DNA of 64,000 nt. Source: Paramecium tetraurelia. Taxonomy: Eukaryota. A program made the position numbers and the translations under genes. Below are positions 14,158 through 26,736 of the stretch, in pieces (within the stretch, counting starts at the first letter, position 1; the number at the start of each line of letters is the position of its first letter). The DNA is taken from positions 1 through 64,000 of the forward strand of contig CT868065.1 of NCBI GenBank assembly GCA_000165425.1, given 5' to 3'. The notes beneath the pieces are model-generated. The model was not told where the DNA came from and searched no databases. It saw nothing but the letters and a program-made list of their open reading frames with translations.

Positions 14158-15140
14158 TATATAATTAAATTCAAGTGATTCAACAATTTCAAGAGTTCAA
14201 ACATTGTAACAGGTTTGTTGATATAGTATTTCATTCCCACAGAATAACACTTAGTTTTCGTTTCTACGTCGCTGAATGCAGTGCATGCAACAATGGTATT
14301 ATCATTGTCAAATTTTAGAATCTGTTCTGTGGCCTAGAACCCATCCATGATAGGCATATTAACATCCATAAAAATAACATTAAATTTCTCATTAGCTAAA
14401 TATTTAAATTTACAAATATACATTCTTTTATTTTGTTTACTGCTTCTAATCCATTGAAAGCAGAAGTGCATTTGATATTGAACTGACTAAGTAAGATCTT
14501 CAAACTAATAATATTGATCATCTCATCATCAACAATTAAGATATGAGGTTACTCCCTAATCGTTTTAACACTAGCTATGTCAGCAACAGAAGCCCCAAAA
14601 GTAGGTGACTATTTTTACCCTTCCCTTTTTCTAGTGATAATGCGTTGTCTTATTCTCTCAATAATTTCATTATCCTATTTCAATTCTGGTTCAACACAAT
14701 CAATAATTTAATTTGGCGAGAACGAAGCTGATAATAAACTTGATTTTTTAGTCAATGTCAAAAGTAGATGATTGTCAGCAGGTTTATGTCTATTCGTAAG
14801 TTGTAAGTCTATTACTGATTGACGAGAGTCGAAATACCCATTTTCATTAAACAATATCCCTGACTTTGCTGATGATATATCACAACTTGTGTAAAATATT
14901 TCGAAAGGCTAATTCTTCACTCGAAAAGAAACTCGGATTCCTTTTTCTAATCTTACATACTTCAGACCTCCACCTGCTGTTACTGGTAAATTCGATAATT
15001 TCAAGGCAATTTATTGAGATAGATAACAACCCAAGCCAAACCCAGCAGTGTGTTAGGAAATCTTTTATTCTGACTTAAACTCGGTTTCTAAAGTTTAATT
15101 TAGATTATCAAAAGTCTCTTAGGTCATTCCGAATCCACTC
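14154..15140 (-). CDS. Hybrid histidine kinase, C-terminal part (HATPase end + receiver); 5' part lost in the assembly gap
   Basis: SGFGM..TAGFGLG, then HILIVDDE..IFMDVNMPIMDG..ACTAFSD..INKP. One short intron near 14396-14421. Stop TGA at 14156-14154. Confidence 0.85.
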
Positions 15141-15371
15141 NNNNNNNNNNNNNNNNNNNNNNNNNNNNNNNNNNNNNNNNNNNNNNNNNNNNNNNNNNNN
15201 NNNNNNNNNNNNNNNNNNNNNNNNNNNNNNNNNNNNNNNNNNNNNNNNNNNNNNNNNNNNNNNNNNNNNNNNNNNNNNNNNNNNNNNNNNNNNNNNNNNN
15301 NNNNNNNNNNNNNNNNNNNNNNNNNNNNNNNNNNNNNNNNNNNNNNNNNNNNNNNNNNNNNNNNNNNNNNN
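15141..15371. other. Assembly gap (N run)
   Basis: Run of N. Confidence 1.
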
Positions 15372-15668
15372 CAATTTCGTTTTTATTTTGCGAGAAAGTA
15401 AATACCATTTAGTGGAATATTCATTTTTGAAGTTTACTACTACAAATATTGGGTAAGATAAAAAGATATTACCATTGCATATAAGATTTTCACCTACTTT
15501 GTTTTATGTTAATCTACTAAAGGTAAATTCATTTTGGATTTGTTTTGTTTTATTTGAAACTCTGTTTGACTTAATAGGAACACAATATTCTAACTTTTAT
15601 AAGCAAAGATATAGATGAAATTAAATATAAAGTTCTTAATTTAAAATATATTATTATCAATCAATCTT

Positions 15669-18305
15669 TCATTATATGTTTTTTTTCTTTAATTCATCGA
15701 TTTGTGATTTTATCCAGGGAGGTAAGACTGCCTTCTATTTAACTTTTATTATATCCTGAGCATCAAGCAAAGCAGCCTAAATTCCTCCTTTTAGATGTAC
15801 AAGACGTTTAATTCGTTACTTAAGTAAATAATCCATAATTTCTTTTACATTCTGCTTATCAGTATCGCATATCACAACTATATAATAAATGCTTTGTTCT
15901 TCAACCAGTCCTCTCAGTTCGAAGTAGTTTAGTAATTGAATATTATTTATTTTTTTTTTATCATAGTATGCAAACAAGGAACCAGTTATGCAAGCCTATT
16001 CATAATCCTTAGCACTTCTCATATCCAAAGATAAGACATTGAAGGATTATTTTTGTTCCCTCAACAATTATTGGAAATCATGAATGGAAATAGAAAATGT
16101 CTATTGCTCTTATAATTACTTAAATGTTAATGGATGTTCCCATGGTCTTTCTTATAAGTACTCGTTTTCCTCCTTCATTTAATTGCAAATCTCTTCATCC
16201 TGATGAGTGAGAATGAAAAACGTTTTATGCAATTAAGTTGAAAATTTGAGGGAATTCTACAAGCAATTATCCAATTGTATATTATTCTAAAGATTCTTGA
16301 GACAACTGAGCATGCCTTCACTATCTTTAATTTCAAAGGTTGATTTGAGTTCCAACATAATTTAACATGCTAACAGGATTTCGAATGATTCATCAGAAAT
16401 TAAGAAATAATCATAAATTTTCATTACATTCTCTAAGTTGAATTCTCTGGCATAAAAAGTACTAAACCAAGAGACAATATGAGTCTCACACTTGAAGTCA
16501 GTTTCCTTTAGATGATTGCTTAATCCTGGATCAAAATACTAGAGAGTCCAATTGTAAAGTAAGATCTTTTCCTATAATTTTTATCCGAAATACTCACTAA
16601 TTTCCACTTACTCTTCTTCTGGTGGTAAATTGACAATCCTTTTCTTGTAGATCTCATTCAAACATATTGTACTGAGTTCGGAATCATAATTAAAGGCTTC
16701 TAAGAGGATATAAGAAATGGAATCCATCCCTTATATATAACAATTTGAAACAGACTAATTGATAAATCCTCTTATTGTACTTCTTATTGCATCCTGAGTT
16801 CTTTTATTGTATTTTTGTCTGTTCAAGTCTTTTTCAAGTTGAATGATATCCTTCTATTTTTAAGCATTCAAATATTCACATAATTCAAGTGTCAATTATA
16901 CAATTTATCGTTAGGCTTCCAAGGATTCAAAACCAAGTGCTCTTGGCCAAAATGCCTTTCTTATGTTTTACCAAATTAAACCAGACCCTCCCATAAAATG
17001 AATTACCTTAGAAATGAAGGCTTAAAAGGCTTTCTCAGAGGCCTAGGATATCAATTTTAACAATAAAACCTAAGCCATATAGGTTGGTTCCTAAGGGGCG
17101 AGTACCTATTCTTACATGTCTTCACTTTTCTATTCTTGTTTTTTAAACCATTTTCTGAATAAAAATTATTGTTTCTTAGGTTAGACCACTTGATTTTCCT
17201 CTTATTACTAAGGATTGGCTATTTTGGTAAGAGTAGCAATCAACTCTTCAAGGGTGCAATTATTGGGGCAATTCTAAATGATTTAAGTGATCTAACTGTT
17301 AATTTCAGATTTCAATTCACCGATTGGATAAATACCCTCCTTGAGATCACTAATGTAAATTATTTCTTCCATAGAAAAAAATTGATCTGCCCAATCCAGG
17401 TTGAAAAATTTATTCTTGACAAATTGGAAAAATACTGCCAAAGACATTTGATTTGAAAGTTTAGGCTGGATTTCCACTTACTTGTGTTCATAGAATAAAG
17501 GATTTTGAAGTAATTCTTTAATCGAACTCCTTTCATCTTCTTCTCTTAACATCTATTGGATGAGGTCTCTCAAAGACCAACTATATTTAGAGTTCTTAAG
17601 AATCTCCTAATAATTATTGGTGTTATCCTTTTTGAATTCAAAATAGATGCATTGTAATAGTATGATTCCTAAGGAAAAGACAGATGCCTTAGGAGCATTA
17701 ATCTCTTAACTGAGATGTTTATTGAAATCGTCACAATCATTGAGTTCGATGTCCAGATATTTATATAGTTCTGGGGCTAAGTATAATTTGTCTTCGGATT
17801 CCAGAAATTATCTTTGGTTTTGGTGGACCATTTACTCCATGTAGTTGATGATCTTCCATTTCTTGATTATGTAGGAGGGACTCAAATACAAGATATTGAT
17901 ATTCGATAAGCCATTAAGTATTGCATATGCCAAATGAACGATCTCATCTTCGTTCATTGGGGCATTATTCTGGTGTCTTAATTTAATGTAATCCATAAGG
18001 GTTTCTGGGTGTGTTTCACTTATAAATGTTATAGTTTCATTTTCTGTAGAAAGGACATAGTATTTGCTTAGATATTGTGAGTTCGGTGGGTTTGAGATGA
18101 TGGCCACTAGATTTTGCATATAATCCTCGAATTGTTGTATGTTATTGGTATTTTAGCATTGATCGAATTGGTCTTCTTCATAGTAGGAGGAATTGAGTTG
18201 TTGGACTTGTCTGACGATCTTATTGGTATAACACTAAATGTATTATTCAGATTGATTTCTTTCACTTGGATTAGAGAAGGATTTCAGACTAGGAGTTTTT
18301 AGCAT
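15669..18305 (-). CDS. TBCK: TBCK-like protein: pseudokinase + Rab-GAP TBC + rhodanese-like domain
   Basis: 879-codon frame. Kinase-like region lacks HRD (YLAPELY, KASVFSLGIILL); TBC has LEKDLNR and YIQGM; rhodanese has DMRS and LKGGI. Confidence 0.8.
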
Positions 18306-18355
18306 TAATGAATAAATATTTTAGTTTATAATTATATAATTTAGTTGAAATTTAT

Positions 18356-19771
18356 TCACATTATTAGACAGGCTTGTGACCTTGAATTAATTAGGAGTTT
18401 TTTATTATGCTATCAAATTATTAGATTTAATTACTACAATGTTAGTATTGGTGAGAAGAAGTTCGTAATTTTGGTTAGAGTTGCAAAAGCGATTGTCTTG
18501 GAATTGGCAACTATTTATATTGACCTTGAATCCTATTTAATAAATTCAGGCTTACTTTTATCATTGGGTTCTCCTTGATGGGAGAGATTCAAGGCATTAC
18601 AATTGGAGAAGAAGGCACTCTTTGAAATTTGAAGGTTGATGGGATTAAATAATAAATTGCTGCTGAGGAAAATGCCATGTATACGATTGGAACTGATAGT
18701 GGAGTTTTTAATTGTAATGATGAATGGGTTGACAGCATTTTGATCTGGCATTTTGGAAGTGCTGATGTCGATGTCCATTCCAATAGTGTTGTCTTGAATA
18801 TTGATTTCATCTATTTCCATGCAGACCACTTCTCGTATGATTATGGCTGTTTGTTCCATGCTAGACATTACATTCTGTTTGAGTGAGATTGGTTTGATCA
18901 GCTGTACTAATTAACAGATTTCAACCACATTGGACATAAATAGGCCAATTCGGCATTTAGTGATTGTATTCTTAAAGAGTTGTAATCTGTCCACTACGAT
19001 GTTGTTCATTCTTATTGCATAATCGGTAGATCGGAAAAAGACATTCTTTTCTATTACTATTGATTTATTCTAGATATTTTCAATAGAAATCGAAGTTTAT
19101 TGATTTTTAAACTCGTTGTCTATAATTCTGACTTCCACATTCCTACTATTTGTTATGATGACTGAACTGCCTTCGATGATTGAATTTATAATTTCTATCT
19201 AAAATTCTCTCAGATTGTTCGCATGAATCAAAACTGACTGTTGTTGTTGACAATCACTCTGTATTATGGAATGATTTATACTCAATATTGTCCCATTGCC
19301 CTCACAAGCAAACAACACCTAGAATCCATTAAATTTTGTGTCATTTATGATTAAGGAGTTATCAAATTGGATAAACGTCCCTTTATTTTGGAAGTTCTCA
19401 ACACTGCATGCCATAATCATCATGTTTCTGCAATGCACTTTGATGCAAGGTGACATTTGCTAAACTTCTATTTGAAATCCTTGAATACTACATTCCTCAT
19501 CAAAAATAGAATCTATTGACATCCCCTCAAACAACAAACTCCCTCCCTTAAATTGAATCACAGAATCAATCCCAACCAATTTCAACACCTAAGAAATTAC
19601 CACCTCCCTGTTTATTATTATTTTCTTCCTCTTTACTTCCACTCTCTCAGATATCAGCAATTATTGGAATGCATCCCAATCCATCTCCTCATATGTCGGA
19701 GTATCTACGGTTTGATTGGTTGAACTTAACGATCCCCTTCTATATTCATTAAGTATATCATTTTCATTCAT
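18356..19771 (-). CDS. Right-handed parallel beta-helix protein ending in a CaaX box (CLIM)
   Basis: Repeated I.I.N..I..N...GI.L-type strands. Removing introns 18533-18555 (23 nt) and 18410-18434 (25 nt) gives 456 codons ending QACLIM*. Confidence 0.7.
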
Positions 19772-19782
19772 TTTATAATATA

Positions 19783-20559
19783 ATGAATATCAATCACCAA
19801 ATCAATTTCTACTTTGCAAATCGCCAATACACTCTTGTCTGGCAAGATCTCGATCAAAATATCCTAAATGAAGTCGTCTTCTTCGTTTTAAATGACATCT
19901 CCTCAAAAAATAAATTGAATAACCTAACATTCACCGATTCCAATCTTTCACCCATCCAATAATCACTTGCACTCTTCCTCCAATCACAACATATCTTCAT
20001 CAATAACACCCCTCCCATCACCCAGGTTCAAGAGTGCGAATTTTAGAATCTCTATGAGATCCTTCCCAATCAACTTCTAATCCAGAAATTTAAGAACAAG
20101 CGCAAATTAGAAAGTGTAAACTATCAGATGCAAACAATCCTTAACCTCAATCAACAATTCAGAGAAACTAGCTCAAACATCAAGGACAATAATAACATGA
20201 TCAACCAAAAATAAAGTATCGAAAGAAGTGCCAACACCTATCCAATCACCAAAATATAATCTTCAAACACGCAGCCATTGAATAAGCGTCAAACAGAATT
20301 AAAATCCTACACCATCGAAGAAGTAAAACTCCCTATTATTTTCAAGGTTTAGCAGCACAATACCCAAAAAGATGCATGGATTGTGCTACAGGATAATATC
20401 TACGACGTGTCCTATTATATTGAAAAACATCCTGGTGGCAGAGAATAAATTCTAAGAGGAGTTGGGAAAGATGCCACTTTCCTCTTTCTCTAGCATCACC
20501 CCTGGGTTAACTTTCATTATATTCTTGAAAAATTTTAAGTTGGTTATTTAGTAAGATGA
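19783..20559 (+). CDS. Cytochrome b5-like heme-binding domain protein (IRC21/CYB5R4-type b5 domain at C-terminus)
   Basis: YTIEE|VQQHNTQKDAWIV..IYDVSYYIEKHPGG..GKDAT..HHPWVN. 24-nt intron at 20323-20346. Confidence 0.85.
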
Positions 20560-22129
20560 GTATTTATACTAAAAAATATATAGATTATAATTATCAATTC
20601 CATATATTATTAAACACATTAAATCTAATATTTAATATGAAAACCTATTCAAAATGATCGTTTATTTTAATTAACAGAACCTTAAGAAATGAATTACATA
20701 TTCAGATTTCACTATTTTTTATCACCTTTTGATAATTGAAAGAGAAAGTAAATTGATGTTATTAATCCAAAGGGACTTATTGGTTATTAATAGCATATTT
20801 TATATCCGATTGTTATTTATTCTATTTAATATTTAATCTATCCTTTCTAAAGTATTTAATCAACTTCTTTAGAAATTTCATATTTATTTTTTAGAATGGA
20901 TTTGCAATATAACTTTGACAGAATAATAATGTTGATTCCTTGTTATTTGAATTCAAGAGAGTTAGAATTTCAATAATATACGAGCCTGCTTTATTGCCAC
21001 ATCTTGAAACATTATATTATAGGTTTTATAATGTCAAAAGATGCTAAAATTGAGAAATGTTGTAATCATAATGAAAAAGTTGAATATTCTTTGCCATTCT
21101 TATTAATAACATGAAATCATACTTAAGATTGCTGGATATGATTATCATTATAATAGAGAATACAAATGAAACCAATTTAAATAATAAGCTATTTACTGGC
21201 AATTATTAGAGAAATTATAACAGTATATAGAAGAAAGTTCTGATAATATATAAATTAATAGTTCCTAAACGAGTCATTACTTATCTTAACTTTAAATTAA
21301 ATATCCCACTCAATAATAATTTGTATCAATTATATTTCCTTATATTAATAAATAAGGACAAAACCAAATAGATGGTATCATATATATTGATCAACCATAA
21401 TTCTACAAATTATAACGACTTAAATTATCAATTAAGTCAACTTGTTCTTTCTTCATAGATTGTTTTATTAAATTTTAAATAAATCAAAAAAGAAAATCTA
21501 AATTTAATTTAAAGTAAATTCTTGATTTCTTTGAGTAATCGGAAATAAAAAATAGCCAAATCCCATCTATTAATTTGATTTCTGCTTCTGACTCTTGTCT
21601 CAATTACAATATTTAATTAATATATATTTTTAAAGTTTTTTAATGTCAAATTGAACTAGAATTAAACAATTAGAATCAGCTAAATAATTATAAAGACAAT
21701 TTAACTAACAACAAGAGCGTTAACTAATTTTACCTTGACACACTTCTGGATCCTTGTGAAAGACATCGTGTTCTTGATTTATAAATATAGTATTCATAAA
21801 TGAGATGCAGGTAGTTTATAGTTTCCTATCAATTAGGATAGACAAATTAGAAATAGAATTAAAGTGAAAATATTTTTATTATTTAGAATAACAAATTTTA
21901 CTTAATTTTATATATATATTATTTAGTATTCATTATAGCATTCATAGGATTAATATTTAATTTTCTGTTAAGTAGTGGGTCTGAAAGCAGGGATTGTAAT
22001 TAAATGGATATGAAAATTGGGGGTTTGGATTGATGAGCATCGATCCAAGTATGCTAGTTCTGATGGAGTTGTTGATGACAACTAAACTATAAGTCCATTT
22101 ATAATATGTGTATAAATATTATATTAAAT

Positions 22130-24609
22130 ATGATATTGGCTATTTTATACAGTAGCATTTGGTTGTGCAATACAATTTACGAAATGATGCTGGGAATTGA
22201 GTACAATATTTATATTATAGAGACAGCTCTTGTATCACGGTATCTAGTTGGGGATTGTTCTGTGTTTCCTCATGTTGCAATATCTATAGAAATCGAGGCA
22301 ATCTATCAGCTACATGATCCCAATTCTTCTATTATGCCTGAACATTTTAAGTAACCATTAAATTTAAAGTAGATGTCAACGAAGACATGAATAGCGAAAA
22401 ACTATATTTATTCCTGCTGCCACCCTTAATATATGACCATTTAAATAAGGATGAAAAAAAGAAACTTTATTTTATCATTTTCAAATTTCTGCATCTCCTC
22501 ACTATGTGCATTTGGAAAGCGTTAGGCGATCTGAACAGGGGTTAACCAATAATAATAACATTTATATTATTATTGTTCACATACTATCTCTAAAAATAAT
22601 ATGATCAACAACTCAAACGAACTGAAGGAGGCTTGGAAGACACCATAAATATAAAGACTATCACAGACACAGATCGAATCTGGGACTCATAAAATTATTT
22701 GATAAGTATAATCAAATTGGATGGTAAATTAAATTTGCTGACAAGCAATAACAGAGCATAAGACCTGTTGAAACACATCAATTTACAGGAACTCTTGAAT
22801 AGCCCTTTATTATCAGTGGATAAACAGACCAGATTATTAATGCAGGAGCAATTCAGTTGTAGATTCCCATCGATTCAGGATTTGAAAGAGGTTCAACAAC
22901 ATTATTCCTTAAATGAATTGTTGGAACAACTCCAGTAACTCCAAAAGTACCCTTACGAATTCGAAGTGTTCAGCATTCGAGGTTATAACGATCTCCACTT
23001 AAAAGTGTTTTACCTAGAGCCAAAGTCATTTACAATAGTGCTGCAAAATATGGAAGAATACAATCTACAAATTAAGAAAGTGTTTACTCAAACTACGATG
23101 CAACAATTGTTTAAGAGTTTTAGCCATGAGTACAACACTTCTTTAAACTATATCTTGGCATTAGCATAGGTAGCTGAGTGTCATGAGGAAGTGCCACAAA
23201 ATATCAAAGAGTAATTCTTTAAACCCATATTGGTGAATGGGAAAGTGATGCACAGCATGGTGTTGGATATGATGGATTACAATAGTATCTTGGGAAAGAC
23301 ATTCAGTTTGCAAGTGGCAGTCTTCAACATCTAAGAGTTAATACTAGATGTCATTTCACTTTTTAAAGATCAAGTCTCAAAAAAGAATCTAGAAATCAAA
23401 ATTGACTTTAAATCCAAGATAACCTAGATCCTGTCTGATCGAAATAGAATCAAGCAGATTTTGATCAATTTGGTATCCAATGCCCAAAAGTTTACACTCT
23501 AAGGATCCATATCCCTAAAGGTTGAAACCTGTTTATTTCAGAAGAATTAACAATATGTAGTGTTCCATGTTGAAGATACTGGCATAGGTATGACAAAGGC
23601 AGAATAAGATCGATTGACCTTCCTATTGCAATAAGGAGTGCCTTCCATACAAAAGATATCTAAAAACACAGCTGGATTTGGATTGGGGTTGTTTATAAGT
23701 AATAAGATAGCAGAAGCCTTATCATAATAGAGATTTGAAAAAGGAGGTGGACTCAGATTTGAAACGCAAACAGGAAAGGGATTTCACTGTTGGTTTTCTG
23801 TGTACCCTCAGACCGTTAGTCCAGGTGTTAAACCCAACAATCCAAAAAGTCCATTGATTATGTTGAATAAGAAGATCATTATAGACACGAGGTAAACTGA
23901 AGTCAATGCTGGGATTGAGACATTGAAAAGAGGACTTATGAGGGCCAAATTCTCTCATTTATTGGGTAGTAATGGGTAGATAAATGATGGAAATCAGATC
24001 AGATAGCGAAGACCACATAGTTAGATACGGTTTGTGTAAGAACTTATTGATGCTGTGTCAACAGATACGGTCAATAATGAATGTTCTGTAGAGGACTATT
24101 AAACAAGGGTTAAATACATGAAGTCTCAACAATATTAGCAACAATAACAATCATTTTTGTTGAGAAGCAATTAGTCATTCATTGAATGTCGTTGTCCGAA
24201 TATCCTCATTGTAGATGACGAGTAGATTAATATATTAGCCTTGTCGATCTTGTTGGAACAACTTGGCTTGACTACTGACTAGGTGTTTAATGGGAGGGAG
24301 TGTGTCGATTTGATATACTCGAAATAAAGGAAAAGTATTTATGAACATGTATTGTTAGCCTTTTGTGGGAAATGCACTGATAGACAGTACTAATTGATAT
24401 TTATGGACATCAATATGCCTATTCTGGATGGGTGGGAAGCATCAAGGCAAATTAAAAAACGGTTTTCAATTCCCATTATAGCTTGTACTGCTTTTACTGA
24501 CAATGAAACCAAAGAATAGTGTTATCAAAATGGGATAGATTACTATTTATCGAAGCCAGTAAAAAAGGAATCACTCATCCAAGTATTGCAATATTACCGT
24601 ATACTTTGA
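22130..24609 (+). CDS. Hybrid histidine kinase (multi-TM, HisKA, HATPase, receiver)
   Basis: SFSHEYNTSLN, DRNRIKQILINLVSNAQKFT, EDTGIGM, TAGFGLGL, ILIVDDE, IFMDINMP. Introns about 22201-22222, 22351-22372 and 24335-24358. Start uncertain (22106 or 22130). Confidence 0.88.
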
Positions 24610-24804
24610 CTTAAAAAATCTTTTTATTTATATATATATATATAATATTATTAATGGAGTAGTGAAGTATTGTTTACAATTCAGAGTATTGTTTAGAATG
24701 TAGATAAAAAATGACGTAAATTTAATTTTAGTATTATATTAACAAATATTATTGTGTCATTCTAGTCTAAGTATTAAAATAGAAATCAAAAATAACAATA
24801 TTTT

Positions 24805-26499
24805 ATGTTCATTAACTGTGGGGAATTCTTAAGAAGAATTGATTAATTTGGAGCCAGTTATAAACCTAGTTATGCATACGGAGAAGTTCAATACAGAACA
24901 TCTTTGGGAGGGTTGCTTTCAATTATCTTATATGGATTAAGTTTAGCATATTTGATATACGAGATTGTGTTGTGGAGATTCGGGAGAATACTTCCAAAGA
25001 TTACATCTTTGAATACCGAAATCGAAACCTACGAATTATCATTTGATAAAGTACCTCTAGCATCTTTTTGTTTGAGAAGGCACAAGGATATCAAAGATTA
25101 AATTGACCCTTTTGATCCGAACCATATCGTTCTACTACCGATGCTATATGAATTAATCAATGACGAACTCCAAGATCCTTTGCCTTTATTTTCGACCAAG
25201 AAATCAGAAAAACATGGAACTACAATGATAGAGCTCAAAGATGTAAAATTGACCAATAACCAACATGAATCATTGGAACATCCAGATAGGGAGTATATGC
25301 TTATTTTACAGTAATGCGTTTAAAGTATACTGCCTCAAGGATTGTACTGTGCAGATGTAGATACGATTAAGAGATTCTTCAATTAAAAGTAGAACCAATT
25401 GTCTGTGCAGACTTATGTCAATCAATTTAACACCTCAACGAAATAACTGGATGTAGTTGAGCAATATTATTATGCCTCAATTGACAACAAGACCACTTAT
25501 TTCAGTCAAATAACTATCTGTACATCAAACGTTTCTGTTGATACTGGATTCTTATTAGAAAGTCTGGAAATTATGGATTTCCCTAGTTCAGCCTAGTAAT
25601 ATATTCAGTAGATGGATTTAGATTATTTTACTCACACCTTTCATCAGGATGTTTATGTTGTATTCGAGTTCGAGGTGGGAACGTTGTAATCGACTGTGGT
25701 AATTGAATATCCGAAAATCTCTGAAGTAATGGCAAACATCGGGTCTATAATCTCATTCTTCTTATTCTTCTCTCAATTCGCCTACGTGATAAACGAGAAG
25801 AATCTTGAATCAAAGGTAGTGAGGAATCTGATTGAGATGTACTATCCTCAATTCAAACAAATTACTTTCGAAAAGAATCTCTTCGGCAAAATCATCAATA
25901 TTAAATACCAAAATCAAGAAGTAGCTATGTCATTTTTAAAAACTTATGAGAAGTTGTGGAGAATTGCATCTGCTAAATTATGTATAACCAATACACTCTA
26001 TGAAATCTCCAGATTATAGTTCATAATAAGTTCCATCAGTGATAAGGAGGTGATCAGAAACTGTCACGAAATCGGGATCAGATTAAAAAATCTAGAAATG
26101 GAACCAAACGCCTTAAAGATAGAGAATAATCAGAATAACTCGAATAATCAAATACTCAGATAAGATATCATTGATAATAATTCACTGGATGAATAGAATC
26201 AGAACATACTTAAAATTGTATTTCTTTGATTTCTATTAATCTAGATACCTTAGAACTTAGTTGATGTGCCATAGTCTATTGTGCAGTTCTCAAAGTTGAA
26301 TCAATCTCAAAGCCTATTTTTGGGAAAGAATCTCCAACCGCAAGAATCAATAGATGCTGAATTGAAATTGAGTGACGAAGATTTCTACATCCTCATGTAA
26401 GAATAGTCGAAGGTTAAGGATTTCAACATTGTTGAATTAGACGAAAGTGTGACACCTCAAACCAAATCCTAAAATATTATTCAACGCTAATCGAATTGA
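24805..26499 (+). CDS. Two-TM DEG/ENaC-topology ciliate family protein, copy 2
   Basis: RIDQFGASYKP..YRTSLGGLLSIILYGLSLAYLIYEIVLW; EYPKISEVMANIGSIISFFLFF; LSDEDF. 27-nt intron at 26218-26244 containing an in-frame TGA. 556 codons. Confidence 0.82.
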
Positions 26500-26736
26500 T
26501 GTGTGAGTTTATATTCTTCTTATATCATTCAAAATACATAGTTATAATATAAACATAAATTTAATTAATTTGAATACAATGTAAGGAAAATTTAAGTAAT
26601 GTTGATAATCTTATTGTATTTTTCAAAAATGACATCATTTATGTATTCATATTATTTTAATTAAATAAAATTATGTCATTAACATCAATTCAACCCAAAA
26701 ATCAAATTACACTTTCTATATATAGTTTAAAGAAAG

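Noticed and set aside
15108..15408. ORFs made of X residues here and at 55507-55806
   Set aside because: Artefacts of N gaps.
18395..18405. Apparent frameshift in an A6 run near the end of the beta-helix gene
   Set aside because: Fully explained by the canonical 25-nt intron 18410-18434.
21975..22100. GC-richer island with TGATGA..CTGA..TGATGA resembling a box C/D snoRNA
   Set aside because: No terminal D box or closing stem found, and it could be a short ORF or relic. An Infernal/snoscan search would be needed.
11850..24609. Histidine kinases as bacterial contamination or recent horizontal transfer
   Set aside because: They use TAA/TAG as Gln, and two contain spliceosomal micro-introns.
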